This document shows, in pieces, positions 61,117-64,000 of a stretch of 64,000 nt of DNA. Source of the DNA: Ramazzottius varieornatus (Eukaryota > Animalia > Tardigrada). Within the stretch, counting starts at the first letter, position 1. Each line of letters begins with the position of its first letter. The notes under the pieces were generated by a model. The model saw only the letters and a list, made by a program, of their open reading frames with translations, did no database searches and was not told where the DNA came from. The DNA lies in assembly GCA_001949185.1 (NCBI GenBank), contig BDGG01000013.1:1566617-1630616 (forward strand). The letters run 5' to 3'. The translations under genes and the position numbers were made by a program.

Positions 61117-64000
61117 TCAACGGTTCAGCAGTTCGGAATGACAGCTATCACAGACCCTGGCTGGTCCTTTGATACCCGGAAGTCCACTGGCCGTCTTACT
61201 TGAACAATCATGACAGAAGATCTCTCCGCAAGATCTGCAGTGATGCTTTCGTTGAGCCAGGCCAAAAGCCTTCCCACAGGCTGCACATTCCACAGCATGG
61301 GCATCATCGGCCCATCTTCCCCGCGACTTCAGCTTGGCGCACTCCACCTGCAGACTCTGGTGTTCCCTGCCCAATTCGTGCATGGCCGCTAGCGAATCTT
61401 CATACTTCCTCCTGATTTGAGCAATACTCGTCTGGAGCTTTTCTTGTTCACCTTCCAGCTCCACACATTTGGCCAAGGCTAAACGCTTCTCTTGTTCGAG
61501 TTCGACTAATTTAGCCGTTGTAGCTTTGTGGGCTGACTGAACTGAATGGAGGTTTCGCTCAGCGGCTTCTCGGCTGTTCTCCACTTCTTCCAACCTCACT
61601 TCGAACTTCTTTATCACCGAGTTGTGTTCTTGCGCGTCACGGCTACCCTTTTCAACAACTTCCTGAAGCTTCTTCTCAGCTTCTGACACTAAAGTGTTCA
61701 ACCGAGTCGCTTCGTTCTCCTTCTCATTCCTCAAATTCAACAAACTGTCTTCCCTGTTCCGAATCTGTACATTCTTTTCTTCCAACTGAGCCTTAAAAGT
61801 GGTCAGGCTTTCTGCCAGCTCCACTACTCTCACAGAGAGTTCACCCAGCTGTTTCTCAAGCTGACGCTTGGCGTTATCAGCATCGTGATGAGAATCGACC
61901 AACTCGTTATACTTTGCTTCCCATTCTGCTAGTTTCTCTTCCTGTTCCTTTTCCAAACTCATCCGCTCCTCTTCAAGCTTCCTCACCTCTTCATCTTTCT
62001 GAACCAGCGTTTCCCTCAGGCGTTGAAGGTCGTTCGAGAGGGTCTTGACTGAGTCTTCCTGGATCTTTAAGTTCTTGGAGACGGCTTCGATGCGTGCCTC
62101 CGTCTCGTCTTTAGCTTCCTGAAGGAGGAGTAGTCCGTCTTGAAGTACGCCTTTCCGCTCTCGTTCCTGTACCAGGTCGTCTTCGAGCTTCTTGAATGAT
62201 GTCTCGAGCTGGCTTCGGAGCTTCTCTGCTTCGGCGAGCTTGTGTTGAAGTTCGACGAGGGAAGCTTCGAGGCTTGTTCGACCCTGGGACGACAACAGCA
62301 ACTCCGACTCCTAAAATATACAAGAGACAATATTCTTCCTTATAGTTAACTGATTAAAGAAAATAACCGAGAGCTCGGCAAACGTAATTGGGAAGATCGT
62401 TTTCCAAGTGGCGCACGCCTGCAGCCAATAACACCGAAAGTGTTTGCGTTTGGAAAACCAATCTTATCGAGTCTGTTTGCCGTAATCTTAGTCCGCGGCG
62501 GCCATGCAAAATCGTTTCCAGTAAAGACAGATTCCCATATACGACGTGCCGATGACGCAAAATTGTACAAAACGGGACGCAAGTTCGATGACGCTATCGT
62601 AAGTGCCATGTTCAGCTGACTGAGCTTGATTTCGAAGCTGTATTTCAGCCAGTCGATCCGGACTCACGTCTGTCGTCATCGTACGAGACTGCACCTTTAT
62701 CAAGACATCATCGGCGAATCATACGTACTTTCTCAAACCTCACTAACCTTTTACTAATGAATATATTGCACGGGCCGCCGTTGTTCCCAGTGGAAAAACT
62801 CAGTACCTTTTGTTGACTAAGCATTTTCAGCTCGTGACGAAGCTTCGCGCTTTCCGTCTGTTCCATGAGAAGGATATGCTTCGTTCCTTCAACTTCTTCA
62901 GTCAGGCTCTTTACTTCGCTTGCAGACTTTGCTAGTTCCTTCGTTATGGTATCACCAAACGACTCCGCTGTCTGCAGCTGTTCAGAAAGGGCAGACTTTT
63001 CCGCTGTCAGGTTCTCCACTTCGGCCTTACGGACCTCCAGTGTCTTCTCAGCGTCTGCCAACTGGACCGAAACACACTTTAGTTATTACCAAAATTGAAA
63101 CTGATCGATGAAACGAGTACGTTTTGCATACCTTGTTTTCCAAGTCAGAATACTTCTGGGTTTGAGCATTCAAACTATTCTGAGCTTCGACCAGACGACT
63201 GTTGAGCAGCGTTCTCTCTGCTTCGTGCTGTTCGATCGTCACTTTCGTGGCCGACGCTTCCTTCGTGAACATTTCTTCACGGTTCTGCAACTCGACAATC
63301 TGCTTCTTCAAGTCTTTCTTCGACTGCTGCAGCGACTCCCTCTCCGCGGACAACCCCGAAACCTAAAACAGCAGACATCCCGGTTTGAAATAGAAACCAC
63401 GCCACCTGCGCACTAAGTCCAATACAAACACGGCTGACTTCTATTTCACCTAACCATATGTACAGTACCCAAACCCAGTTGAATAACTTACTTGATTGGT
63501 CAGTTCGTCCACCGTGCTTTGCAACGTCGCCGCTCTTCGTTCCAGCTCTCCTCTCGCCTTCTCGCTCTCTTTCAACTGTGCCGCCAGTTGATTCTTCTGT
63601 GTGGACTTGTCCTTCAATTCCTCTTTCATCTTCTCACTTTCCTGGTTCAGAGAAGTAATACTCGCAGTGAGTCTTTCCACTTCCGCCACGGCATTCTTCC
63701 ACTTTCCAGACACCAGCAAGACTTCCTCGCTCAAGGTCTGCAGCGTATTCTCCTGGGCTTCTTTCGCCACCTTCTCGTTCCTCCTTTCTTCCTCAAAGTC
63801 CCTCTGGATTTTCTCCAACGTCGCTTTCAGCTCTGTATGTTCATTCAATAGAGCTATTCTGTTATCTTTCTCTTCTTTTAGGCTCTGAACGAACCTAGCT
63901 TCGTTGTCTGAATTCAGTTTGATTAGCGATTCTTTGTCTGCTTTCAGCTGCGAAATCAACAGCCGAGAAGCGTCATCACCCTGGATCTTCGATGTCATCT
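61117..64000 (-). CDS. EEA1: Early endosome antigen 1 (long coiled coil + C-terminal FYVE); 5' part lies beyond the right edge
   Basis: Heptad-rich exons ending [45 protein letters not shown]. Confidence 0.88.

Overview
Compact, intron-rich animal genomic DNA: many short GT-AG introns of about 55-100 nt, little intergenic space and roughly balanced GC. This style is reminiscent of a tardigrade such as Ramazzottius, but that is only an inference. It is not prokaryotic, so the ORF track fragments the real genes, and I rebuilt the exons by hand from splice sites and reading frame. Recognisable genes: SPAG17/PF6-like (runs off the left edge), DNA2, HENMT1, EFCAB2/DRC8, ENO4-like, a BED+Myb/SANT protein, NAGLU, a mucin-like protein, a gustatory receptor, a CRYZ-type quinone reductase, an ABCB1 P-glycoprotein, a RING protein, PP2C, two decayed MATH-BTB copies, a Shisa-like protein and EEA1 (runs off the right edge). 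Several MITE and non-autonomous DNA-transposon families sit in introns and intergenic DNA, and all three N-gaps fall inside them. Best candidate for a new system: four small spliced genes that the ORF track never shows as whole genes (three in tandem at 7.2-9.3 kb, one at 52 kb). Each encodes signal peptide + short pro-segment + furin site (REKR/RVKR) + a cationic glycine-zipper peptide ending in G or GR, i.e. a putative antimicrobial or membrane-active prepropeptide family. Also notable: a soluble nicotinic-receptor ligand-binding domain without a Cys-loop (AChBP-like) next to that cluster, a Dna2 with an intact nuclease but a dead, truncated helicase, and a His-Glu-repeat coiled-coil protein.
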